A DNA stretch of 64,000 nt from Eledone cirrhosa (Eukaryota), in assembly GCA_964016885.1 (NCBI GenBank), contig OZ024742.1, positions 295,430,001-295,494,000 of the forward strand, in the 5' to 3' direction. Numbering within the stretch: the first letter of the stretch is position 1; each line of letters opens with the position of its first letter. Below, one piece after another: positions 24,872 through 38,789 of the stretch. The notes under the pieces were generated by a model, which searched no databases, was not told where the DNA came from, and saw only the letters and a list, made by a program, of their open reading frames with translations. A program made the position numbers and the translations under genes.

Positions 24872-25454
24872 ATAAGTAAATATTTATAAGTCGTTTGGAA
24901 GCCTCGACAATGCAAATGGGTAAATCTCCGGGTAACAAGGTCCGGTGGTGGAGAGAGAGATATGTAAGGGGGTGTACGTTGAGATGCGTGGTGTGTATAA
25001 GATGTGTGAGATGTGTAGAATGAAGGGAAGAGTAAAAGAATAAAAAGAATAATAACAACACAAGAGAGAGAGTGTTACCTTGGGAGAGATTTAATAGTCC
25101 CTATATATTTCGGATTCACATCCATCAACTGGGGTTTTTTCCGGGGTGGGGGAAAAGGTTGTCTGTCGGACAACTTGGAACGCGTCTTTCGCTGTCTGTT
25201 GATTTGAATATCTTTCAAATCAACAGACAGCGAAAGACTATTAAATCTCTCCCAAGGTAACACTCTCTCTCTTGTGTTGTTATTATTATTTTTATTCTTT
25301 TACTCTTCCCTTCATTCTACACATCTTATACACACCACGCATCTCAACGTACACCCACTTACATATCTCTCTCTCCACCACCGGACCTTGTTACCCGGAG
25401 ATTTACCCATTTGCATTGTCGAGGCTTCCAAACGACTTATAAATATTTACTTAT
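24872..25454. repeat. Nested foldback: ~220-bp inverted arms (24872-25099 and 25236-25454) with an internal 25-bp hairpin
   Basis: Arms are reverse complements apart from a 9-bp indel. Hairpin at 25184-25238. Confidence 0.92.
25099..25134 (-). ncRNA. Degenerate hammerhead-like motif
   Basis: ccc CAGTTGA t ggat-gtga-atcc GAAA tata TA ggg. Helices intact, two core deviations. Confidence 0.5.
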
Positions 25455-25514
25455 ATATATATATATATATGTATACATATACATATATATACACATATAT
25501 ATGTATACATATAT

Positions 25515-26272
25515 AAGGCTTTTCCCTCAAAATGAAAGGCAGACTGTATGATGCGTGTATATGAACAGCAATGTTACATGGAAGTGAAACCTGGGCGCTG
25601 TCTATAGAAGACTTGCGTAGATTAGAAAGAAACGAAGCCTGCATGCTCTGATGGATGCGAACGGCAAAGCATAAATGAATTGAGAGAGAGATAGAGCATA
25701 AGAGGAATCAAATGCTGTGTGCAGGAGAGGAGCTTGTGTTGGTATGGACATGTGATGCATATGAAGGATGACAACTGCATAAAAAGGTGCAGAGCACTAG
25801 AAGTCGATGGAAACCGCGGAGTGGGAAGACCCCAAAAGACCTGGGATGAGGTGATAACAGCCGACCTTACCTAATTACACCTCTCAAAGGCGATGACACA
25901 TGACCGTGACCTCTGGCATCACGCAGTAATACAGAAGACCCGACCCCCCACAGGTACAAGCCAAAGCTGAAGCATATAGACAATATGCCCTCACACCCTC
26001 CCACTGCAAAGTGGTCATGGAGGTGCCACGGCAAAAAAGCACCCAGCCCACACTGTAAAGTGGACGTGTAGGCGCCATGGAAAAAGGCACCCAGCACTCA
26101 CTGTGAATGAGGTTGGTGTTAGGAAGGGCATCCAGCTGTAGAAATCAAGCCAGAATCTGTTCCCATATGAGCAAGGCATGGTCAGCCGAACGGACACTGC
26201 CCACAACAGGGCAACCCGTCTAACCCATGCTAGCGTGGAAAAACGGACGTAAAACTGTGATGATGATGAAGA
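25515..26272 (+). mobile_element. RTE 3' end with UTR and (ATG)n tail
   Basis: GFSLKMKGRLYDAC..GRPQKTW, then UTR repeats and tail. Confidence 0.9.
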
Positions 26273-26911
26273 TATATATATACATATATATATGTATATA
26301 TATATATACATATATCTCTGTATATATATATGTATACATATATATGTATGTGTATATATATATATACATATATAAATATGTATGTGTATATATAGTCCAG
26401 GAAAAGTTTGGTTTAGAGATGAAATATTACTTATTTCATAGGTAAAAACAATGTAATAATAATACTAGTAATAATAATTTTGATACAATACAAAACTATG
26501 TTTCTGGTATTGCTCTAACAGGGTTACAGCCCTCACCACCCACCAGCAGAGAATATAACACTTTGACAACTGAAGGAAATTGCAGAAAAATGTACATCAA
26601 TGAGTTTGGGTATATAAATAAAAGATATAACAAAAGAAAAAGAAAAAAAAACAATAGATTCAATATTGTAGATAGTGTATTGATTTTATGTTGGTTTCAA
26701 ATGTAAACACACCAGAGATAAAAAGAACAGCATAAAAATATGTAAAATCATAAGAGATAGAAAAGTTTAGTGGCTAGTTACACAACTAGGAAGCCATTAA
26801 AAAGATAGTGGCGCCTCCTATGTCAGGAAGTATCAACAGTTGTTGGAATTATAGAACTAGCTGTTGCCACCAAAAGCGACCCCAGAAAAAATGTTTACAG
26901 CTTAGAACAGG

Positions 26912-26947
<36 letters not shown>

Positions 26948-27023
26948 TTACATAACTATTAAGCTCTGTCACCTACATAGAGCACTCTTTTTTCCTGGAC
27001 CTTCCCGACGGAATTACTTCATT

Positions 27024-27073
<50 letters not shown>

Positions 27074-27101
27074 TGGGGAAAATATATATATATATATATA
27101 T

Positions 27102-27204
27102 ATAGGAAAAAGTATGACACCGACGGCAGAGCTCAAGCCGTTTTGATGGCTATTTCTGGTCGAAACGGCTTGAGCTCTGCCGTCGGGGTCATACTTTTTC
27201 CTAT
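27102..27204. repeat. Foldback palindrome centred on a truncated hammerhead
   Basis: 42-bp arms. Plus strand reads ..TGA t ggcta-tttc-tggtc GAAA cggc-ttgagctct-gccg TC gggg. Confidence 0.8.
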
Positions 27205-27327
27205 TACCCACTCTACTACCCTAAGTATTGAGTACTCTGGTACGTTATGGTCCATCTGGTTCCTTACCACAACTCCTTCGTTATATATATATATATAAAT
27301 AAATATGGGGAAAATATATATATATAT

Positions 27328-27493
27328 AAGTGGTTACACAACAGTTAGTTCATCATACTGAGAACAATTGTTTCACCTCAGCGGATCCTCAGCTTGTAAT
27401 GGACATGTATAACCATGTCTATGATGAGCTGAGGATCCACTAAGGTGAAACAATTGTTCTCGGTATGATGAACTAACTGTTTTGTAACCACTT
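27328..27493. repeat. Foldback palindrome with one hammerhead per arm
   Basis: ~80-bp imperfect arms aagtggttaca.../...tgtaaccactt. Confidence 0.88.
27426..27461 (+). ncRNA. Minimal type-I hammerhead (canonical core)
   Basis: gag CTGAGGA t-cc-actaa-gg-t GAAA caattg TT ctc, with palindromic ACAATTGT. Antisense twin at 27360-27395. Confidence 0.7.
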
Positions 27494-28804
27494 CTACCTA
27501 ACTCGTCCTATGGACTGAGTGCTCTACCACTACGGATATTACCTTCCAGTGTTCTACCACTATATATATATAAATGTGGGGAAATATATAAATATGGTGA
27601 AAATATATATATATATATATGTAAAAATATATGCTGATTGTTTAATCTTATCAGATGATAGCTCAACATTACCTCAATCCTTCCTGAAAGTCTACACCTC
27701 ATATGTTCACAGAGGTGACTTTTCAAATCAACAACAAAATGAAAGAACATGTCCCCCACCTCCAGGCACTGACAACACTCCAGCATAGAACATGTCAGCA
27801 CAGGTCATGTTGGAAATGTGACAGTTCCTGCCTATTCTACATCTTTAGAGGTGATGAAACTACAGAAATAGTGCTATTTCATCGTTGCAAATGTCTGTGT
27901 CACCCCAATAGTTGCAGTAATAGGCCCAATGTCGATATGGTGCCAAGAATTCAGAATCCTGGCCTGTTTTGACTGGAGTAATAGAATGATAGACGAGGAG
28001 ATTGTAAAAGAGACATCTTTATATCATGGATTATAGTGAGAAATGCTTGTACAACAGGAGTGTCACGCTCCAAGTGTCAATGATTGTTATCTGATGACAG
28101 GCCTAAGCAAGATGAACAGTAAACCAGATGACACAAACCAGAGATATTTCTGAGTTCCTGTGCACAGATGGGTTATCATAATTATGATTAAAGAGTCCTG
28201 TATACCCCAGTTGTGAAATCAGAGTGACCATTCTCCTTGTCAGATTGCCACACAAGGCTGACAAATGGAGATGACTCTCTGATGGATGACCAATGGAGTA
28301 AAATTAACTTGCTTTGAGAAACTCAGACTACTTAGGAAGGTATATGCCATGAATTTCATACAGTATATTACACATACACACACACACATATATAAGTAAA
28401 TATATATATGTATATATTCTAGTATTGCTTGATTAACAATTCTGATGAGTAAATTGGGCTGGAGTTGAGTCCATAACACAAATATGGATCCTGAGCCACG
28501 CAACTGTGAAAGGTTCATAACTGAGCCTAAACAGTAAAAAACTCAAGTTTAACTTCATTTTGTTCTTAATATATATAAATATATATGTATTAAAATTTCG
28601 TATTTCTAAAGAAATTCAGGAGACAGAGGCTTTGTTTACAAATGGTGAGCAAATTTGAAAATTAGGTAGTAACGTGGTTACATAGAATTAGTCTGTTAGT
28701 TGGGATTAATTAAAACCCCTCTGAATAGAAAAAAGGATGAGTATTGACGTATATGGGACACAACCTTCATCTTTGGTTTGCCGGACCAATGTGTTACCAT
28801 ATAC

Positions 28805-28835
<31 letters not shown>

Positions 28836-29369
28836 TATATATATATATATATATGAGTGTGTGTGTGTGTGTGTGTGTGTGTATGTAAGCTAAACACACT
28901 AACCACTTAGCTACATCCCTTCACAGATTACATATAATATATTGATTTTGTGTTTGGTTTGAAATGTAAACACATCAGATAAAAAAAAATAACATAAAAA
29001 TATGTAAAATCAAAAGAGATAGAAAGTTTAGTGGCTAGTCACACAACTAGTAAACTATTGAAAAGATCATGGCGCCACCTATGTTAGAAAGTATCAACAG
29101 TTGGTGGAATTACAGAACTAGCAATTGCTACCAAAAGCCACCCCAGAAATATGTTTACAGCTTAGAGCAGCTGAAGATATGGGGGAAGGTGTAAAAGCAG
29201 ACAGTATATATGTGTGTATATACACATATATATAACAACAAAATAGGTACAGCATATGGAAGGAATATATTAGGTTAACGCTTGACATAGTAGGGTGTAA
29301 ACATCAAGTTTAATATAGAAATGGCTTCTACAGGACTAGAACTGTTTCCTTCAAAAGAAATCATATATA

Positions 29370-31028
29370 TATCATCATCACAGTTTTACGTCCGTTCTTC
29401 CACGCTAGCATGGGTTAGACGGGTTGTCCTGTTGTGGGCAGTGTCTGGTCGGCTGACCATGCCTTGCTCATACAGGAACTGATTTGGCTTGATTTCTACA
29501 GCTGGATGCCCTTCCTAACACCAACCTCATTTACAGTGAGTGCTGGGTGCTTTTTCGTGGCGCCTACACGTCCACTTTACAATGTGGGCTGGGTGCTTTT
29601 TTGCCGTGGCACCTCCACGACCACCTTGCAGTGGGGGTGTGGGGGCATATTGTCTATATGCTTCAGCTTGTACCCATGGGAGGTCGGGTACTCTGTATTA
29701 CTGCATGACGCCAGAGGTCACGGTCGTGTGTCATCGCCTTTGAGAGGTGTAATTGGGTAAGGTCGGCTTTTATCACCTCATCCCAGGTCATCTTGGGTCT
29801 CCCCACTCCGCGGTTTCCATCGACTTCTAGTGCTCTGCACCTTTTTATGCAGCTGTCATCCTTCATATGCATCACATGTCCATACCAAATGCAACCGCCT
29901 CTCCTGCATACAGCATTTGATTCCTCTTATGCTCAGTCTCTCTCTCAATTCATTTATGCTTTGTCGTTCGCGTATATTACTATTACACATCCATCGGAGC
30001 ATGCAGGCTTCGTTTCTCTCTAATCTACGTAAGTCTTCCACCTTCAGCGCCCAGGTCTCACTACCATGCAACATTGCTGTTCGGATACACGCATCATACA
30101 GTCTGCCTTTCATTTTGAGGGAGAAGCCTTTTGCAGCTAGCAGTGGTAGTAGTTCCTTAAACTTCTTCCATCCCGTTCTTACCCTAGTTATTGTACTTTC
30201 TGAACACCCACCTCTGCTGCTAATTCGGTCACCTAGGTAGCAGAAGCTGTCTACTGTTTCTACAGAGCCCTCCCAGAGATTGGTGGTACTTGTTTCCTGT
30301 GGCTGTTTGAAGCCTACATTCTTAATTAAGCTTCCTGAGATCCCGCTACATCACTTGTGGACCTATTGTTTGCATTTGGGGCAGAGAATAGAGTTCCTAC
30401 CTAGACCTTTCCTACATACTGAGCAAGGCCATTTCCCTGTGGGGATCTGGGTTCTGTTTTCTCGTCTACTTACAAGGACCTTAGTCTTTGTCATGTTGAC
30501 TTTGAGACCCTTTCTTTCTAGTCCCTGCTTCCAAGTTTGGAATTTCTTCTCTAGTTCTACCATAGATTCAGCTATAAGTGCGAGGTCATCAGCATACAGG
30601 AGTTCCCATGGGCATCCGGTCTTAAACTCCTCCGTTATTGCCTGCAGGACTATGATGAACAGGAGGGGGCTAAGAACAGAGCCCTGGTGAACCCCAACCT
30701 GTACGCTAAATTCCTCGCTATACTCATTGCTAATCCTAACTTTGCTGACTGCTCCCCTATACATGGCTTGTACCGCTTTCACAAGCCATTCATCTACTCC
30801 TAGTTTTCTAAGAGCCCACCAGATTACAGCACGCGGAACTCTGTCAAAGGCTTTCTCAAGGTCGACAAATGCCAGGTAGAGTGGCTTACTTTTAGCTAGG
30901 TACTTTTCCTGTAACTGCCTGACAAGGAAGAGGGCATCAGTGGGGCCTCTTCCTGGTACAAACCCAAATTGCATCTCGTCTAGTTTCAGCTAGTCCCTAA
31001 TCAACTGTGCTATAACTCTTTCTGTTAC
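29370..31028 (-). mobile_element. 5'-truncated RTE LINE
   Basis: QFGFVPG, FVDLEKAFD, HQGSVLSP, YADD, PHD-like finger (broken), UTR and tail. Confidence 0.95.
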
Positions 31029-31084
31029 TTATATATATAAACATGCATACATACAAAGACACACATGCACATATATAGAAATGA

Positions 31085-31131
31085 CTTCTACAGAACTAGA
31101 ACTGTTTCATTCATATGAAATCATCAGGAAA
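31085..31131 (-). ncRNA. Type-I hammerhead ribozyme (canonical core)
   Basis: tttc CTGATGA t-ttc-atat-gaa-t GAAA cag-ttctagtt-ctg TA gaag. Relatives at 29325-29364 (truncated), 55071-55082 and 61022-61068 (degenerate). Confidence 0.75.
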
Positions 31132-31216
31132 TATTGAGTCATCTTTTTAACTGTGGTCACCTCCTGATGCACATTGGAAATTTACCTGTGACACACACAC
31201 AGACGCACATGCCTAT

Positions 31217-33381
31217 ATCATCATCACCGTTTTACGTCTGTTCTTCCACACTACCATGGGTTAGACGGGTTGTCCTGTCGTGGGCAGTAGCCGGTCAGCT
31301 GACCTTGTCTTGCTCATACAGAAACTGATTTTGGCTTGATGTCTACAGCTGGATGCCCTTCCTAACACCAACTGCATTTACTCTGAGTGCTGGGTGCTTT
31401 TTTCCGTGGCGCCTACACGCCCACTTTACAGTGTGGGCTGGGTGCTTTTTTGCCATGGCACCTCCATGACCACTTTGCAGTGGGAAGATGTGGGGGCATA
31501 TTGTCTATATGCTTCAGCTTCGGCTTGTTCCTGTGGGGGGTCGGGTCTTCTGTATTACTGCATGACACCAGAGGTCACGGTCGTGTGTCATTGCCCTTGA
31601 GAGGTGCAATTGGGCTGTTCGCGTATATTACTATTACATATCCATCGGAGCATGCAAGCTTCGTTTCTTTCTAATCTGTGCAAGTCTTCTATAGACAGAG
31701 TCCAGGTTTCACTCCCATATAACATTGTTGTTCATATACACGCATCATACAGTCTGCCTTTCATTTTGAGGGAAAAGCCTTTTGCAGCTAGCAGTGGCAG
31801 TAGCTCCCTGAACTTCTTCCATCCCGTTCTTACTCTAGTTATTGTACTTTCCGAACACCCACCTCTGCTGTTAATTCGGTCACCTAGGTAGCAGAAGCTG
31901 TCTACTGTTTCTACAGAGCCCTCCCAGAGTTTGGTGGTGCTTGTTTCCTGTGGTCGTTCGCTGCTTGCTGTCCCAGCACAGCCGCTACATATGAAGCTTA
32001 CATTCTTAGTTAAACTTCCTGAGATCCCACTACATCTCTTGTGTACCCTTTGTTTGCATTTGGGGTAGAGGATGGAGTTCCTACCTACATCTTTCCTACA
32101 TACTGAGCAAGGCCATTTCCCTGAGTGGATCTGGGTTCTGTTTTCTCGTCTACTTAGAAGGACCTTAGTCTTTGTCAGGTTGACTTTGAGACCCCTTCTT
32201 TCTAGTCCCTGCTTCCAAGTTTGGAATTTCTTCTTTAGTTCTACCATGGATTCAGCTATAAGTGTGAGATCGATCATCCGCATACAGGAGTTCCTATGGG
32301 CATCCGGTCTTAAACTCTTCCATTATTGCCTGAAAAACTATAATGAACAGGAGAGGGCTAAGAACAGAGCCCTGGTGGACACCGACCTGTATGCTAAATT
32401 CCTCGCTATAGTCATTGCTAACTCTAACTTTGCTGACTGCTCCTCTATACATGGCTTGTACAGCTTTCACAAGCCATTCATCTACTCCTAATTTTCTAAG
32501 AGCCCACCAGATTATAGCACGGGGGACTCTGTCAAAGGCTTTTTCCAGATCGACAAATGCCAAGTAGAGTGGCTTACTTTTAGCTAGGTACTTTTCCTCT
32601 AACTGCCTGACAAGGAAGAGGGCATCAGTGATGCCTTTTCCTGGTACAAACTCAAATTGCATCTCATCTAGTTTCACCCAGTCCCTAATCAACTGTGCTA
32701 TAACTCTTTCCGTTACTTTCATGACCTGGTCCATCAGCTTTATACCTCTATAGTTTCCTCTATCTAGTGCATCACCTTTACCTTTGTAGCAGTTGACAAT
32801 GATGCTGCTGCACCAATCCTTTGGTATGATACCCGGTTAACAATTTGTGTGGTTATGGTGTAACCTACCGACCCAGATGCCTTCAGCATCTCGGCATCTA
32901 TACCCGATGGACCGGTTGCCTTCCCTGTCTTCATATGTTTGATTGCCTTACTTACTACGCTGCTGCTGACTTATACTGCTGGCCCCTCTATAGGGTCCAC
33001 TTGGGTTAGGGTCTCTTTTTCCCATGCATTCTCCTCGCTTAGTAATCTTTCATAATGGCTCTTTCACGCAGCTTTCTTCTCAGCACTTGTGAGGGCAAGC
33101 TCACCATTATCATTCTGGATACACTTCTCTCCAATGACATCACAATTCTCTCTGACACACTGCCTCGCAATCTTGAACACCTCCTGTTTCTGGTCCTCAC
33201 GTTGCAAAACATGCTTGAATTTTCTATCCTCTGCTTCTCTTCTAGCTAAGTATACTTGTCGCCTAGCTTCCCTCCTGGTCTCTATGCAATGTACCCTGCT
33301 ACCCCCATTCTTCCATTCTTTCCATGCCTGTCTCTTAGCCTTAACTGCCTCATCTACCTTATTGTTCCACCACCAAGTCAC
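31217..33381 (-). mobile_element. 5'-truncated RTE LINE with internal deletion near the 3' end
   Basis: TWWWN.. through RT and zinc finger, frameshifted. ~240 bp missing near 31610 relative to the 29370 copy. Confidence 0.95.
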
Positions 33382-35424
33382 TCTCTATATATATATTATA
33401 AAAAAAAGAAGAAATATGGTATCACGTATACATTCTCAATTTATTACATCATCAAACAGATTAAAATACACTAACTTTAGCAAGCATACTCATTGTGTAG
33501 TCAGAATATCAGATGTTGTAATGACAAAGGCAGTCTTCAAAGGATGTCAGAAACGATAGTCTACATGGGGTTTTATAAGCTTTGGACAATGTACTGTTGA
33601 AATTGGGAATACAGATGGGGCTAGCACCTTCATATTTAATACCCTAGGCTAGCCCTACAATATGCATCCCCTTCTCACAAATAAAAAAAATATATTCAAC
33701 ATACAATTTGGCAAGCTGAGAAACCCAGTTCATGACACTTCTTGCTTTTACCACATAATTAAAATTACTAAGCCTACATTTTCTACTGCACAGCCCACAC
33801 TTACCCTCACCAAATCATGTCATAGGTCATAACATTATGCAACTCTCTTCACCACATTGGATATTTCCAAAATGCTACTATATGGGAAAGATGTTTAGTG
33901 GCTTATTTATTGATTGCAGGAAATTATATATTTAATTTAATTTAATTATACAAATGTGTATAAAACTGTGACTCTTTAATGTTTACTAATACACCTGTTT
34001 GAAGTGTGTAACTTAAGTGGTTGTCTAATTGGCCTAATGGTAGTGTTGGCTCGGTGTACAGGAGATACAATAGAGAAGATATAAGGAGTTACTGAAAGTG
34101 GAAGCAATTTAAACTGGAGCAACCAACATATATGGGTAAATGATTAATAAGAGAGTAAGATACTACCATCTCTAATGTTCAGTGGAATATAAAATATTCA
34201 TACACATTCTGGATGAATGGTGAAATGGATATTACAACACTTGGTGCTGATCATTAATCAAGAGGACCAATTTAAATTGGTCTTTCTGCTAGACTGCCTA
34301 TGCTTTTCTGATCTTCTCAATATTATCATAGTGAACACTTCAAGGTGTTGCAGGAAATAGTTGGTTTCATATTAGCAGTTACATTCTTATTCTTGTTCAT
34401 CATCACTGTTCACACTGTTGCTGTTGTCTTCACCTCTAACATCACTGCCATCATCATCATTTTCATCTGTTTTTCCATGCTTGCATGGGATGGTTGGGTC
34501 TTTCTTTTTCTAGCACAACCTACCCACTTAATACATTCCCTTGTCATCTCCTATGTGAGGTTCAGCCTTCTGAGATCAGTTCTCACCATTCTCTGCCCAG
34601 GTTGTTATCTACAACAGCTTCTGCACCCTAGGATATCTTGGCCCTTCTACTCTGGGTTCTATTGGTCATCTATGTGTTAAACTCATAATAAAGAAGTGAT
34701 AACGTCTCATCTCAATTTCTTTTCTCAGCAATTTGCAACTGTTGTTTTCACTGGTTAGTCATGGAAGGAAGGGCAGTGCTCATAATTATTTTTAGAGCCT
34801 TTCATGACTCATGGGAGGTAGGTAAGAAGATGGAACAACAACAAACAGGTGTTATTTTTGAAAAGAGTAACCAAATCATGTCCTACTTTTTTTTAAAAAG
34901 GAAGAACATATTAGATAATGTAGTCTTAGATTTACAAAAATATGCGATGGTCATAGTTAGAATACCTTTGAATATAGGTATGTTTGATCAGAACTGACCT
35001 AGGGTTAAACAACATCAACATTCTTTTTTCTTTTTTATTGTTTAGTTAAAGAGGGAACGGCAGTGCCCATCACCCTTATCTGAACTTCTGAAATTAGCAG
35101 AGTGAGGTTATTTTTAAACCAGAGACATGGCCTAAATACTTACAACAAAGTGAGTTCCACTAAAGGCTCCCAAAGGCTAGGTGGTGGTGTCAAACCAGAC
35201 AACTGATCAAATCTGCCATCCAAGTAGATTACAGCAAGATTTGAACTCAGAACATACAGAGCGAGGACAAATACCTAAAGGCATCTTGACTGATGCCTTA
35301 ACAATTCTATCAATCTGGTACTCTTATTTTATCAACCACTAAATGATGAAAAGTGAAATTGATTTTAATGGGATTTGAACTCAGAGCTCAGAAAGTACCA
35401 ATACTGCTCTAATGACTTACAATT

Positions 35425-35773
35425 CATCATCATCATCATCATCATTTCATTTTACGTCCGCTTTTCCCTGCTTGCAAGGGTGGGACGGGAACTGATTCTG
35501 GCTTGATTTCTACAGCTGGATGCCCTTCCTAACACCAACCTCATTTACAGTGAGTGCTGGGTGGTTTTTGCCGTGGCACCTACACGACCACTTTGCAGTG
35601 GAATGATAGGGACCTCAGTCCCTATCATCTCATTTCTACAGCTGAGTAAACTGGAGCAATGTGAAATAAAGTGTCTTGCTCAAGGAAACAACACATCACC
35701 CGGTCTGAGAATTGAACTCACAACCTTTCGATTGCAAGGCCAATGCTCTAACCACTAAGCCATGTGCCTCCAT
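35425..35773 (-). mobile_element. SINE family 1, full length
   Basis: Same structure as the 56524 copy. Confidence 0.9.
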
Positions 35774-36664
35774 CTTAAATATAAATTGTAGTTTAAGTTT
35801 GGAAATGCCCTTATCACATTCATTGTTATATTTCTAATGAAAAACACTGCCTACGATTTCCACATAATCTTGAAAATAATTTAGAATTTGGAGACATTTA
35901 GTAGTGTAACAAAAATGTTCATTATTAAGCTGGAGTTTGAAACATAAAGGTTCTTAGATAAAATTATGTGGGAAGGTTTTCAGATCACTTTGACATAAAC
36001 AATTTTGTATTGTAGAACTGGGTTTGGCTTCAAAAGGGTTAGATTAATTCAATGTTACTCTTAAACTCTTTCATAGCTACCTTTTCATCATTTGCTCCTA
36101 ATGCACTTGAAATTTTAATATACTTTTGTAAGAAATACACCATTTACAATTTTAAAATGTATGTTTAAAATTGTATATATGTTATGTATAAAATTGTAGT
36201 ATTAAAATGTATATAATGCAGTAGTATTGACATGTATTTATAAAATATTTTAATTGATTATTTTATGTTGGCAATCTAAAATTTTGGAAACAGGTGTTTT
36301 TATTAAAAAATCCTATATTAAAAATATTTTAGTGCAAACTGAATAAAAAATAATATTCACAGAGTTCTCTCTCCTTTTTCTTCCTTCACTCTCTCCACTT
36401 CTCTCTTTCTAACTCCCCTCCTAACTCTGCTCTTCTCTTTCTCTCCCTCAGCTCTGCCCTTTCTCTCTTTCTGTGTATATGTATATATATATTACACGTT
36501 CACATGTGAGTCCTTTACTCCGTTATTTTACTATATATATATATAGAGAGAGAGAGAGTGAGGGAAGAAGAAGCTGAGGGAGAGAAAAAGAGCCGAATGA
36601 GAAGGAGAGTGAGAATAAGAAGGAGAGTGAGAATGAGAGAAAGAGATAAAAAGAAAGAAGTTGA

Positions 36665-36704
<40 letters not shown>

Positions 36705-37289
36705 ATAATGCATACACAACATATATGCACATAAATATATAAAAACTCTGTTTTAAATTAAATATTTCCTTCAGCAAATTGAATTGGACATATTTTTGAG
36801 AATATGAAAAAAGTTTTAAAAACTTTTTATGACATGAGAAAACAAAACATTTATAAATAAGGTACATACACTGTATATACCCTATATTTATTCTAAATCT
36901 ATTTGATAGTTCACTGATCATGTAGAAGAAAAATTTTAACAGTTGAAATAAAATATGATGAAATTATTAATAAAAATTAAGTTTGTGGATAAATACAGAC
37001 TTTTGGAAGGAATTACAACTATCAAAAATACATAACAGAAATAACATATATTTACTGCGATATATAGTTTATTTTTGTGCATTCTAAAATATAATTTCCA
37101 TAATCCTGTTAAGTGAAGTGAAATCATCAGCATCATCATCATCAATATCAGTGTAATTTGTAATTTTCTGCCATTTTCTCATGTGTTGGCCAGGTCATCA
37201 GAGATCAAGTGAGTACTTAATTGAAACTACTGTCCTTTAGATAGGTCAGGAGACTGCTCCCATTGAGATACATTCCATTTCGGTATGGT

Positions 37290-37600
37290 TTCTACAGCTG
37301 GCTACCCTTTTTAATGTCAACCACTTTACAGAAAACACTGGGTGTATTTATCATGGCACCAGTACTGGAGGGGTTGGCTACCCTTTTTAATGTCAACCAC
37401 TTTACAGAAAACACTGGGTGTATTTATCATGGCACCAGTACTGGAGGGGTTGGCTACCCTTCTTAATGTCAACCAGTTTACAGAAAACACTGGGTGTATT
37501 TATCATGGCACCAGTACTGGAGGGATTGGCTACCCTTCTTAATGTCAACCAGTTTACAGAAAGTACTGAGTGTATTTATCATGGTACCATTACTAGAGAG
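37290..37600. repeat. 76-bp minisatellite (~4 units) derived from SINE/RTE UTR sequence
   Basis: Unit gctaccctt..taatgtcaaccactttacagaaaacactgggtgtatttatcatggcaccagtactggagggg. Confidence 0.9.
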
Positions 37601-37787
37601 GTTAACTTGTCTTTGGTGCAACTGAAGAAATGGTTTTCACAGCAGAATGTAACTAAGCTGTCAGGGTGGAATGAAGTATTTTCTTGATATCAAGGTAATA
37701 GAAATTATTGTATATAACTAAGTGAATAAATTATGATATCATCCATGTCAACATCCTTTTTACATATGTGTTTCCATGCTGGTATGA

Positions 37788-38030
37788 TATGTTTATCACA
37801 GCCTGTATATTTTAATATCATATTTATCACAGCTTGTATATTTTAATATCATGTTTATCACAGCCTGTATATTTTAATATCATATTTATCACAGCCTGTA
37901 TATTTTAATATCATGTTTATCACAGCCTGTATATTTTAGTATCATGTTTATCACAGCCTGTATATTTTGATACCTTGTTTATCACAATCAATATATTTTG
38001 AAATAATATTTATATCATGTTTATCACAAA
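37788..38030. repeat. 31-bp minisatellite (~7 units)
   Basis: Unit gtttatcacagcctgtatattttaatatcat. Confidence 0.9.
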
Positions 38031-38723
38031 CTGAGAGCAGCTGCATGAGCTAGTTTAATAAGAGAGTGATATAAAATTAGATAAGTAGTCAGTTACATTT
38101 ATGATAAAATGCATCCCATGCTCTCTGTAAAGTTGCCAATTAAGAATAGGACTGAGATGAACCTTAAGTTTTGCCAAGGACATAACAGATTCTCTAGTGG
38201 TGGTGTCATAATTCAATAGACCCTGTAAAGTTAGCAAATGAGTGGAGACAACATTGGTTTGAGAAAATCATATAGTTCTGCCAAGAATATGACATTTCTA
38301 GTCTTAGTGCTATGATAAAATACACCTAATACACCTTGTAAAGTAGTTGGTATTAGGAAGTGTATCATCATTTTACATCCACTTTCCATGCTGGAATGGT
38401 TTGGACAGGCTATCATGAACTAAGACTAGAGGAGTCAGAGCAACTTTATCTTACTCTTATATTTAACATGGATTCTACAGCTGAATGTTCTAACTAGCAC
38501 CAACTACCTTACATGGTGTACTGACTGCATTTTTTCATGGCACCCTCACAACCACTTTACAGAATGGACTAGGTGCATATTTTTCATGTGACCTACACTA
38601 CTACTTTCCAGAGTGTACAGGGTATGTTTTTGTGTTGCACCAACATGTTACATGTTTGTCCAGACTGAAGAATCCTCTCAATCCCTACATTATCTCCATT
38701 CGATTGGCCTCAGCAGATGTAAA

Positions 38724-38755
<32 letters not shown>

Positions 38756-38789
38756 ACAAACATTCTATCTTAGACAGCATACTGGTTTG

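Larger units (their letters stand above)
26665..29175 (+). repeat. Diverged ~240 bp direct repeat pair (26675-26915 and 28938-29175)
   Basis: Shared tattgatttt.tg..tggttt.aaatgtaaacac..cagagata...tgtttacagcttaga. Family not identified. Confidence 0.75.
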
